Origin: Bdellovibrionales bacterium
GTDB lineage: Bacteria > Bdellovibrionota > Bdellovibrionia > Bdellovibrionales > JAMPXM01
DNA length: 14,047 nucleotides
Direction of reading: 5' to 3'
Assembly: GCA_043739185.1 (NCBI GenBank)
Contig: JAYUEN010000277.1
Coordinates: 1-14,047, forward strand
Shown: positions 6,931 to 14,047 of the stretch, piece by piece
Numbering within the stretch: position 1 is the first letter of the stretch
Layout of the letters: each line of letters begins with the position of its first letter
Notes under the pieces: generated by a model
What the model saw: the letters and a program-made list of their open reading frames with translations, nothing else
The model's database searches: none
What the model was told of the DNA's origin: nothing
Made by a program: the position numbers and the translations under genes

Positions 6931-8088
6931 ATGAATAAACAAGCTTACTCTCTATTGGTACTTACATTTGCACTTTCGATCTTGGCAGATTTCGTGTCAT
7001 GTTCGCCTGTGCAATTTGAAAAACAGCAATTGGCGCCACAACCGGTGGGGCCGACTATTGTGACTCCGGTGTCTTGTGTGTCTGGCATTTGCACCCAGCA
7101 TCACCAAGATACAACCACGGGCGCGACTCCTCAGGCCAACGTCTTATTCATATTAGATACCAGCGGATCCACGACAGATATTCAGTCAAGTCTGACCGCC
7201 AAGCTTTCTGGTTTTGTATCGGGTCTTTCGGGCGTCGACTATCGAATCGGTCTGATCACCGCAGATACTTCGACTATCGTTTCAGACTCTAAAAATAATT
7301 ATCCTGACTCAGTCAATTTTAGCGGAGCACTTCAAGACGCAAGGCTTGTGCAGATGGGTGATGGCAGTAAATTTCTCACTTCAACTTCAGGAACAACTCA
7401 AGTATCTGTTCCGCAAATTGCACAAGCCGCTTCAGCGTGTATTTCGAGTAACTACAATGAGGCGACCTGTTTATCGGATGATCCCAGAGCAATTTTTGCG
7501 GCCAATTTATTTGTATCAAGTGGTGGCCAGGGTTTTATGCGCGCAGGTGTTCCGACTACTTTCGTGATTATTTCAGATGCCGATGAAAGAAATTCGACTT
7601 CACTTGCAAATTATGGTTTTCCTCAAGGAACACAAGATGCTCCGGGTTCTTTGATTGCTAATTTTAGAGGGGCCTATCCCTCGACGCCCTTTCAAGTCGA
7701 TGCTTTGGTTATTCAGCCGGGAGATTCTTCTTGTTATAGCCAAAGAAGTGGGCGTGGTGGCAATCCTTTGATCTTCGGATTTCAGGCGCCGATTTATGCA
7801 AATCTTGTTCAACAAACTGGCGGAGTTTTAGGAAGCATTTGCGATTCAGATTTCACCGGTCAATTGGGTAGTATACCTTCCGCCATTCCCGCAGGAAATC
7901 AAATCAATTCGCTGAGTTTGGTTTGTCGTCCCTATCATGATTTATATACTTTGAGTTTTACGAATTTAAGTGGTGCGAGTGTTCCTGCAATTCCATCAAC
8001 TCCTGATTTGGCAAATAAGAGGGTCAATCTTTCGACGCCACTTCCGGCAAATGTGAAAGCTGTATTAGCTTATGACTGTGAAGTTTAA
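6931..8088 (+). CDS. Putative lipoprotein with von Willebrand A (MIDAS)-like domain
   Basis: Signal peptide ending FVS-C24. VLFILDTSGS (DxSxS MIDAS), VDYRIGLIT, FVIISDADE (distal Asp) and QTGGVLGSICDSDF. Eight further Cys suggest disulfides in an exported protein. Confidence 0.8.
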   Translation: MNKQAYSLLVLTFALSILADFVSCSPVQFEKQQLAPQPVGPTIVTPVSCVSGICTQHHQDTTTGATPQANVLFILDTSGSTTDIQSSLTAKLSGFVSGLSGVDYRIGLITADTSTIVSDSKNNYPDSVNFSGALQDARLVQMGDGSKFLTSTSGTTQVSVPQIAQAASACISSNYNEATCLSDDPRAIFAANLFVSSGGQGFMRAGVPTTFVIISDADERNSTSLANYGFPQGTQDAPGSLIANFRGAYPSTPFQVDALVIQPGDSSCYSQRSGRGGNPLIFGFQAPIYANLVQQTGGVLGSICDSDFTGQLGSIPSAIPAGNQINSLSLVCRPYHDLYTLSFTNLSGASVPAIPSTPDLANKRVNLSTPLPANVKAVLAYDCEV

Positions 8089-8181
8089 ACTCGACCTTTA
8101 TCTGGTTTAACAAAAGCCCACTCACATTCACCTTAAAAAACCCTTAAGCTTATAGCCATCAATCTTCATCATTGGTGGGCT

Positions 8182-9180
8182 ATGTCGATCCATTCAAAAG
8201 CTTTTTCAATCGCAATTTGCGGTTTATTTTTCTCAACTCTTAGCTCTCGCAGTTTTGCCATATCAATTGAGTCGAATACAACATCTAGCTCGACTTCAAC
8301 TGAAGAAGCTATCTCGCTTGATGGCGCGATTACGGATAAAGGCGGTGACGATCATAAATCCTCTTCGGAATCTGCAAAATATCCATGGGCGCTTAACTTT
8401 TCTCAATCCAAAGTAAATTCAACAGATGCAGACGGCAAACCACTACAAGATATTACCAATTCAGTAGAGGCCTTGTTTGGCTATGATTCAAAAAGTTTAT
8501 TTGAATTTGGTGGAGGATATTCGTTTTCATCAACGCCAAATGAAAATCTGATTTCGCTGGGTCCGAGTCTTTATATCGGATATGCATTTGAAGAAGATAA
8601 AATTTCAGATAAAAAACCCAAAGCTGAAGCCGGAGAAGAAGAAAGTGGTTTTAGGAAATCGATTGGATTCAAACTGAGTTTTTCAAATAATAGATTTATT
8701 GAGGCCTTTACTGCGATTCAGCCGCCGAAAACAATTGGTGGAATCGCAAAGCCAACAACAGGTATCAACGAAATCATTCAAAGTTCATTGATGCTTGAAA
8801 TTCCGATCAAGTGTCTTGAGTGGTTGAAGCTTCGTCCGACCGCAACTTACTTCAAATACAATACGGACGTGGTCAATTTTTTGAATTTTTTAAGTTCAGC
8901 AAGACTTTCACGTGGGACTTTGGGCCTACAGAGTTCAGCTGCAAGTTTTGCGACCTTTGAGGCGGCCCTGCATGCAACTATTTATTTGTTTGATTCATGG
9001 GAGCTTAATTTGAGTGAAAATTACGCCATCTTGGCAACAGACAAATCGAACTCATGGTCCTCGAAGGTCGAAGTTTTTTATAATATTAGTGATTGGAGAT
9101 TGGGACTTGGCTACAGTAGTCTAAGGTCGGTTGCGGCAAATGATAATTCAGGCATTTTGATAGTGGGTTATGATTTTTAA
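8182..9180 (+). CDS. Hypothetical outer-membrane beta-barrel protein
   Basis: Sec signal peptide (...SSRSFA), amphipathic strands (FEFGGGYSF, LYIGYAF, WRLGLGYS) and a C-terminal BAM-type signature ILIVGYDF. Confidence 0.75.
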   Translation: MSIHSKAFSIAICGLFFSTLSSRSFAISIESNTTSSSTSTEEAISLDGAITDKGGDDHKSSSESAKYPWALNFSQSKVNSTDADGKPLQDITNSVEALFGYDSKSLFEFGGGYSFSSTPNENLISLGPSLYIGYAFEEDKISDKKPKAEAGEEESGFRKSIGFKLSFSNNRFIEAFTAIQPPKTIGGIAKPTTGINEIIQSSLMLEIPIKCLEWLKLRPTATYFKYNTDVVNFLNFLSSARLSRGTLGLQSSAASFATFEAALHATIYLFDSWELNLSENYAILATDKSNSWSSKVEVFYNISDWRLGLGYSSLRSVAANDNSGILIVGYDF

Positions 9181-9233
9181 TAGGTGTTTTTGAAAAAGTG
9201 ATATAAGAAAGAAGATTAATAGGAGAAATGATT

Positions 9234-10034
9234 ATGAAAAAGCAATTTGGTTTTTTGAGCTCGATCTTGGCAATTGGTTTTATGGCTTCAAATGTATTTG
9301 CTGCGGCTCCGAATTTTGCCAATTTGAGCTCGAACGACTTCAATTCTGTAATGAACGACTTTTCGGCGCTATCATCTTATTCTTCGGTGTCGGGTGCCAG
9401 CGGTCGGGGTAGTATTTTTGGTTTTGAGGTTGGCATCGTAGGAAGTTTAACTTCAACGCCAAATGCAAATACGGTCGCACAAAAGACCGATCCGACAATT
9501 AGTATTCCGAGTCTTCCGAATGCGGGAATTTTGGCCGCGATTTCGATTCCGATGGGACTAAGCTTTGAAGTCATTTTCTTACCAAAGAATACATTCAATG
9601 GCTTAAGCTTTCAAAAAGTGGGTGCAGCGGTTCAATATAAACTGCTCGATTTACCAATTAGCATTGCGACCAAGCTGCATTATACAACTACGAAATTTGA
9701 TTTCAGCGAAGTCTTGAACGGCGTCAATACCACAGTTAGTTTTGATGATTCGATTTATGGGATTGATTTGATGGCAGGTAAAGATTTGATTTTCATTGAG
9801 CCTTATGTTGGTTTGGGATACGCAACAGCAAATGCCAATTTAGGTGTGAGCGGAACAGTCTCTAGCATCTTTGCTCCGTCTTTTACGGCTGCTCAGTCAG
9901 CAAATGCGACACCGTCTTCGGCTCGGGTTTTAGTGGGCGTAAATTTCAAATTATTACTTATTAACTTAGGCGTAGAGTATTTGCGAACTTTTGGTACTGA
10001 AAGTTATAATTTTAAATTGAGCGCTGGTTTTTAA
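9234..10034 (+). CDS. Hypothetical outer-membrane beta-barrel protein (possibly DUF6588-like)
   Basis: AGGAG (9221-9225) is better spaced to ATG 9234 than to 9228. Signal peptide ...ASNVFA, strands FGFEVGIVG, FIEPYVGLGY and RVLVGVNFKL, and C-terminal YNFKLSAGF. The family name is from recalled similarity only. Confidence 0.78.
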   Translation: MKKQFGFLSSILAIGFMASNVFAAAPNFANLSSNDFNSVMNDFSALSSYSSVSGASGRGSIFGFEVGIVGSLTSTPNANTVAQKTDPTISIPSLPNAGILAAISIPMGLSFEVIFLPKNTFNGLSFQKVGAAVQYKLLDLPISIATKLHYTTTKFDFSEVLNGVNTTVSFDDSIYGIDLMAGKDLIFIEPYVGLGYATANANLGVSGTVSSIFAPSFTAAQSANATPSSARVLVGVNFKLLLINLGVEYLRTFGTESYNFKLSAGF

Positions 10035-10045
10035 GGTAGAGTTTT

Positions 10046-10504
10046 GTGGCTTGGGATCCTAAAAAATTTAAGAAGACATCAAAAGAAGAGCTCAAAAAAG
10101 TATTGAGCCCGCTGCAATTCGAAGTGACCCAACAAGATGCCACTGAGCGGGCTTTTCAAAATGAATATTGGCATCACAAACAAGAGGGCATCTTTGTCGA
10201 CATCGTTTCAGGAGAGCCTCTCTTTAGCTCGCTTGATAAGTTTGATTCGGGTTGTGGCTGGCCGAGCTTCACCAGTCCAATTGAAAAAGATGCTATCGAG
10301 ATTCGTGAAGATCATAAGATGTTGATGACTCGAACCGAAGTGCGAAGTCGGTGGGGAGACTCTCATCTAGGACATGTATTCGCCGATGGTCCCAAACCTA
10401 CGGGGCTTCGCTTTTGTATCAATTCGGCAGCGATTCGATTTATTCCAAAAGAAAAATTAGTAGAAGAGGGTTACGAAAATTTTTTGCAGTTCTTTGAGGC
10501 TTAG
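10046..10504 (+). CDS. msrB: Peptide-methionine (R)-S-oxide reductase MsrB (zinc-free type)
   Basis: GTG start. Motifs [47 protein letters not shown] and [10 protein letters not shown]. The CxxC zinc sites are replaced by DIVS and SRWG. Confidence 0.96.
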   Translation: MAWDPKKFKKTSKEELKKVLSPLQFEVTQQDATERAFQNEYWHHKQEGIFVDIVSGEPLFSSLDKFDSGCGWPSFTSPIEKDAIEIREDHKMLMTRTEVRSRWGDSHLGHVFADGPKPTGLRFCINSAAIRFIPKEKLVEEGYENFLQFFEA

Positions 10505-10529
10505 TGCCTGTGGTCTCATGATCTTCGTT

Positions 10530-10600
10530 TTCCCGGAACTAAACCTTGGTATATTGCATTATCCAATGAGCTGCCGTGTGCCGACGTCGAGTTCCGGGAA
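10530..10600. repeat. Inverted-repeat element between convergent msrB and lysC
   Basis: Perfect 11-bp inverted repeat TTCCCGGAACT (10530-10540) / AGTTCCGGGAA (10590-10600), enclosing an inner TTGGTATA/TATCCAA stem. Confidence 0.6.
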
Positions 10601-10601
10601 G

Positions 10602-11969
10602 TCAGACTACAAAGGCCCGATGAAGTCTCTGAATTGCATTCTGACCTTGGCTTTCTTCTACTAAAAAGCAAAAGTTATGTTTACTGGCGCCAAGGCAAAT
10701 CATACGTACATTGATATCGTTGACAGCTTCAAAAATTTTTTTCGCTAAGCCTGGCGTATGATTGATATTGTTTCCGATGACAGAAACCAAACATAAATTT
10801 TCTTCGACTTGAACTTCAGCGAACCTTGAGAGTTCCTGAATCAATTTTTTATTTAAAAGGGCTGAGTTATCGAGAGTCATCGAGACACTGATTTCAGATG
10901 TTGTAATTGCATCTATCGATACTTTGTGGTCGTTGAAAACCTTGAAAATTTGAAATAAAAACCCGGGAGCCTGTAGCATTTCGGGAGTTGAAAGGGTCAC
11001 AAGCACTTGTTGGCGGCGAAGAGCAAGGGCGCGAACAAGGGGTTGATCTTTCACCGAAGCCCTAATCCAAGTTCCTTTTTGCTCAGGATTAAAACTCGAT
11101 GCGACTAAAACCGGAATATTTTTTCGGATCGCTGGGACCAAAGTCGAGGGATGTAAAACCTTTGCTCCGAATGTGGCGAGTTCAGAGGCCTCTTGAAATG
11201 ATATTTCAGGAATCATGCGAGCTTCTTTGCAAAGTCTTGGATCGGTTGTCGCGATTCCGGCAACATCTGTCCAGATTTCTAAAATATTTGCAGATACGGC
11301 CTCGGCGATGATGGCCGCCGAATAGTCGCTGCCGCCACGACCAAGTGTCGTGCTCGCGCCCTCATCGGTTGATCCGATAAAGCCTTGAGTAACATAAATG
11401 TGCTGAGATTGGCTGCTGGGTGGTAAGATTTTTTTTGCAAGTTCCGAAATTACTTCGATTTGAGGTTTGGCCTTGCCAAATGAGTCGTCGGTTTTTAAGA
11501 AGCTGCGGGCATCAACCCATTTGGCGGTAATGGCTTGCCCTGGCAAAGCTTCGCTCAAAGACGATTGTAGAGCTTTCACAAAGAGCACAGAAGACATTCG
11601 TTCGCCCAAACCCAATAGAGTGTCCATGGCCTTAAGAGAGCAATCTTTCAAAAGGTGAATTCCTTTGGCGATGGACTGTAGCTCCTCAAGTAAATTCTCG
11701 AGATTTGCTTGAAGACTTGAATCGAGCTTTAAGTCGTCTGCAATTTTAAAATGGATACTTCTTATTTGCGCCAATACTTCTTCAGTTTGCTTCCAATCCG
11801 AAAACTGTGAGAGCTTTGAAAGCTCGATCAATTTGTTGGTAATGCCCGAAACGGCTGAAACTACTACCACAAAAGATTTTTGCTGAACGGCAAGTTTAGC
11901 ACTTCTCAGCATACAGGAGGCATCGCCCATTGAAGTGCCACCAAATTTCGAAACGATCACAGAAGTCAT
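10602..11969 (-). CDS. lysC: Aspartate kinase, lysine-sensitive AK-III type with two ACT domains
   Basis: Motifs VSKFGGTSM, VVVVSAVSGITN, GERMSS, TQGFIG, TTLGRGGSDYSA, IWTDVAGIATTDPR, ELATFGAKVLHP, ITTSEISVSMTLD and NVRMICLGASKHNFCFLV. Confidence 0.96.
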   Translation of the reverse strand: MTSVIVSKFGGTSMGDASCMLRSAKLAVQQKSFVVVVSAVSGITNKLIELSKLSQFSDWKQTEEVLAQIRSIHFKIADDLKLDSSLQANLENLLEELQSIAKGIHLLKDCSLKAMDTLLGLGERMSSVLFVKALQSSLSEALPGQAITAKWVDARSFLKTDDSFGKAKPQIEVISELAKKILPPSSQSQHIYVTQGFIGSTDEGASTTLGRGGSDYSAAIIAEAVSANILEIWTDVAGIATTDPRLCKEARMIPEISFQEASELATFGAKVLHPSTLVPAIRKNIPVLVASSFNPEQKGTWIRASVKDQPLVRALALRRQQVLVTLSTPEMLQAPGFLFQIFKVFNDHKVSIDAITTSEISVSMTLDNSALLNKKLIQELSRFAEVQVEENLCLVSVIGNNINHTPGLAKKIFEAVNDINVRMICLGASKHNFCFLVEESQGQNAIQRLHRAFVV

Positions 11970-12121
11970 TGTAATTTGCCCTCATTTTTAAAACTAAGAA
12001 CCAGCAATCAAGGATTCGTACATATCAAAATTAAGGCCGAGAGTAAATATGAAAGGCCTTTTGGCGAAATGACTTTGGTCTTCCATAAAAATATATCATG
12101 TGGATAAAGTGATATTTCGCT

Positions 12122-12150
12122 TTCACTAATCAAAAATCCATACGTATAAT
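12122..12150 (+). promoter_or_regulatory. Candidate sigma70 promoter for the 12207 gene
   Basis: TTCACT (12122-12127), 17 nt spacer, then perfect TATAAT (12145-12150). A G-rich RBS precedes ATG 12207. Confidence 0.6.
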
Positions 12151-12206
12151 TTTAAATTCAAGATCAAGGGATTGATCACTAGATAATAAATTCCAAGGGG
12201 GGAATA

Positions 12207-13097
12207 ATGAAATTATTTTTTAGCCTAATTGCAATGGCAGTTGGCTTTACTACGACGGCACAGGCAAATGGCATGTTCTTTAAAACACAATTTGCAACTT
12301 ATGCTCATCAGCCAGCTATGAAGTTAACGGCGCCGAAACTGCTTTATTATGGTGGCCCAGTAATTAGTAATGTAAAAGTTTATGCCGTTTATTGGGGCGC
12401 AAATGTTGACGCTGGACTGCAAAAAAATCTCGGCGGTTTTTACAAAGCAGTTTCAAATAGCACGCATATGGATTGGCTCAATGAGTACAATACCGATATC
12501 ACCGCAGTAGATGGCCGTAAAGGCACATCTCAAAGCATTGGTCGCGGCACTTACGGTGGAGACTATTTAATTACTCCGGCAATCACCAAAACCGACCTCG
12601 ATGATAGCGATATTCATGCTGAATTAGAGAATCAATTTGCCAATCATGTATTGCCAGCACCAGATGAAAATTCACTCTATATGATTTACTTTCCCGCTGG
12701 AGTTTCAATTAGCATTGAAGGTCAACAATCATGTTCAACTTTTTGTGCTTACCACAATGGTTTTGCATCATCTAAATTCGGTAGCGTATTTTACGGTGTT
12801 ATGCCTGATTTAGGCGGCGCTTGCTCATTTGGTTGTGCTTTTGCGCAAGATAACTTTCAAGCCAATACCGTTATTTCATCACATGAGTTCTTTGAGGCAA
12901 TTACTGATCCATTTCCAACTCCAGGTGATAAACCAGCATTTCCACAAGCTTGGAATACCACTGATGGCCAAGAAATTGGCGATATTTGCGCGGGTTCAAA
13001 CGGAGAGCTTAAGACTTCGAGTGATACATATGCCATTCAAGCTGAGTGGGACAATGCGAGCAATGCTTGCATCAACGGACCTTACCAAAGTAAGTAG
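12207..13097 (+). CDS. Secreted protein of the PHI-1/EXORDIUM-like family
   Basis: Signal peptide ending TAQA. Motifs LLYYGGPVISNVKVYAVYWG, FCAYH, SSHEFFEAITDP and W...GQEIGDIC, plus six Cys. The motif pattern is recalled from plant Phi_1/EXORDIUM proteins and their microbial homologs. Confidence 0.75.
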   Translation: MKLFFSLIAMAVGFTTTAQANGMFFKTQFATYAHQPAMKLTAPKLLYYGGPVISNVKVYAVYWGANVDAGLQKNLGGFYKAVSNSTHMDWLNEYNTDITAVDGRKGTSQSIGRGTYGGDYLITPAITKTDLDDSDIHAELENQFANHVLPAPDENSLYMIYFPAGVSISIEGQQSCSTFCAYHNGFASSKFGSVFYGVMPDLGGACSFGCAFAQDNFQANTVISSHEFFEAITDPFPTPGDKPAFPQAWNTTDGQEIGDICAGSNGELKTSSDTYAIQAEWDNASNACINGPYQSK

Positions 13098-13122
13098 TTT
13101 CTGATTTTAATTTTCATTTGAG

Positions 13123-13152
13123 AAGAGAGCCACGGATGGCTCTCTTTTTTTT
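13123..13152 (+). terminator. Rho-independent terminator
   Basis: AAGAGAGCCA-CGGA-TGGCTCTCTT stem-loop running into a T8 tract, 25 nt after the stop at 13097. Confidence 0.9.
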
Positions 13153-13165
13153 GATTTAAATAGGA

Positions 13166-13783
13166 TCAACCGCAGGTGTCACATTTGTCAAAATTAGGTT
13201 CTAATAATTTCTTGGCTTTAAGGCGTTCATTCAAATCTCCAACAAAAGCGCCAACTGATTCTTTAGAGGCACCAATAGCATTTGCAATTTGGGTTGTAGA
13301 GGCGGCTGAAATTTCACCTTTTTGAGCTTCTTTTAACATATTTGAATTAAGTCCTATATTTCTCGCAGCAAACTGCAAGTCACCGTTTTGAACAGCAACC
13401 AGAGAGTCGACAAGTGTCTTCATGGCTTGCTCTCCAATTCCGTAGTTTTGATCTCCCATAGCAACGATATCGGTTGGAGAAAGCTCTTTATCATTTAGCG
13501 AAATGCAGCCAAATGGACCCGGAGTACAAGGGCGAAATCCTGGTCGGATAACTGGGACCGGAATAAATACCGGGGCGGGAACATAAACTGGAGCAACATA
13601 AATAGCAGGAGGAGGAACAACTATAACAGTTGGCGGAGGAGCTGATCTGCACCAAGCTGCGCACATCAGGGCTTCACTCCCAAGTGTAGCTCCGATATAC
13701 ATTTCAGTTGGATTGCAGGCCGTATTGAAAGCAAGCAGTCCTGTTAACGAGGCAAATGCCAAAAATGATTGAAGTGCCTTCAT
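13166..13783 (-). CDS. Hypothetical lipoprotein with Pro/Val-rich segment and helical C-terminal domain
   Basis: RBS AAGGAG and signal peptide ending FNTA-C23. Pro-rich PPPTVIVVPPPAIYVAPVYVPAPVFIPVPVIRP, and Cys pairs CAAWC, CTPGPFGC and terminal CDTC. Confidence 0.8.
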   Translation of the reverse strand: MKALQSFLAFASLTGLLAFNTACNPTEMYIGATLGSEALMCAAWCRSAPPPTVIVVPPPAIYVAPVYVPAPVFIPVPVIRPGFRPCTPGPFGCISLNDKELSPTDIVAMGDQNYGIGEQAMKTLVDSLVAVQNGDLQFAARNIGLNSNMLKEAQKGEISAASTTQIANAIGASKESVGAFVGDLNERLKAKKLLEPNFDKCDTCG

Positions 13784-13842
13784 AAATCTCCTTAAACGCG
13801 GTTCGCATTTTGATTCGAAAAAACATTAGAGGAGGTTTAAAT

Positions 13843-13859
13843 TGCAAATAAAAAGCCAG
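13843..13859 (-). promoter_or_regulatory. Candidate sigma54 (-24/-12) promoter for the Pro-rich lipoprotein gene
   Basis: The minus strand reads CTGGCTTTTTATTTGCA, i.e. TGGC...TTGCA with exact GG-N10-GC spacing, about 60 nt upstream of the ATG. Confidence 0.55.
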
Positions 13860-14047
13860 CGAGATGAGCAATTCATTGGAGCTCATAAGTTAAGAGTGCC
13901 CAATTGCGTCCTTTTCTCTCGCAAATGGGCGATATTTTGGCCTAGAAATACGAATTGAATCTAATTAAATGCAACCGAAGGAAGCGTTAAAGGGCAAAGC
14001 ACATTGGTTTAATTGATCTAGGCGAAGTTTGGGTGCGTTTGACTTCG

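Noticed and set aside
10046..10504. Selenocysteine-containing MsrB
   Set aside because: The catalytic residue is an ordinary TGT Cys (RFCINS) and there is no in-frame TGA.
11970..12206. Lysine riboswitch upstream of lysC
   Set aside because: The region is AT-rich, holds the divergent promoter, and lacks a recognisable L-box multi-stem structure or terminator.
1635..13886. Remaining short ORFs nested in, or antisense to, greB/tatA, dedA, sppA, the DGC, the VWA gene, the barrels, msrB, lysC and the last two genes
   Set aside because: They overlap well-supported genes and have no recognisable motifs. This is the expected six-frame background.
13886..13902. Second sigma54-like site (TGGGCAC on the minus strand)
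   Set aside because: There is no TTGC/GC at the -12 position.
1..14047. CRISPR array, transposase/integrase, prophage, defence system, tRNA or rRNA
   Set aside because: No regularly spaced repeats, no such protein motifs and no cloverleaf or rRNA signatures were seen by eye.

Overview
Gene-dense bacterial chromosomal window, roughly 40% GC by eye. Its gene content (TatA type, an FxxC-lipobox VWA lipoprotein, orphan secreted proteins) suggests a Bdellovibrionota/Oligoflexia-like organism; this is inference. Order: a partial minus-strand HAAS/DUF1700-TM-DUF4097-like protein missed by the ORF track, greB, tatA, dedA-sppA, a PAS-GAF-GGDEF diguanylate cyclase, a small coiled-coil protein, a VWA/MIDAS lipoprotein, two predicted outer-membrane beta-barrels, msrB, lysC, a secreted PHI-1/EXORDIUM-like protein and a Pro-rich lipoprotein. 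No transposase, phage gene, CRISPR array, rRNA or tRNA was seen. The best leads are: (i) two ~55-60 bp palindromic elements sharing TAGACCTCTTGCA-type ends, one supplying the sppA stop codon and one possibly supplying a -35 box; (ii) a heavily structured tatA/dedA intergenic region with mutually exclusive hairpins; (iii) a co-oriented DGC/coiled-coil/VWA lipoprotein/two-barrel block that could be a surface-adhesion module; and (iv) sigma54-type promoters with upstream palindromes before both lipoprotein genes. None of these is demonstrated as a new system from sequence alone.
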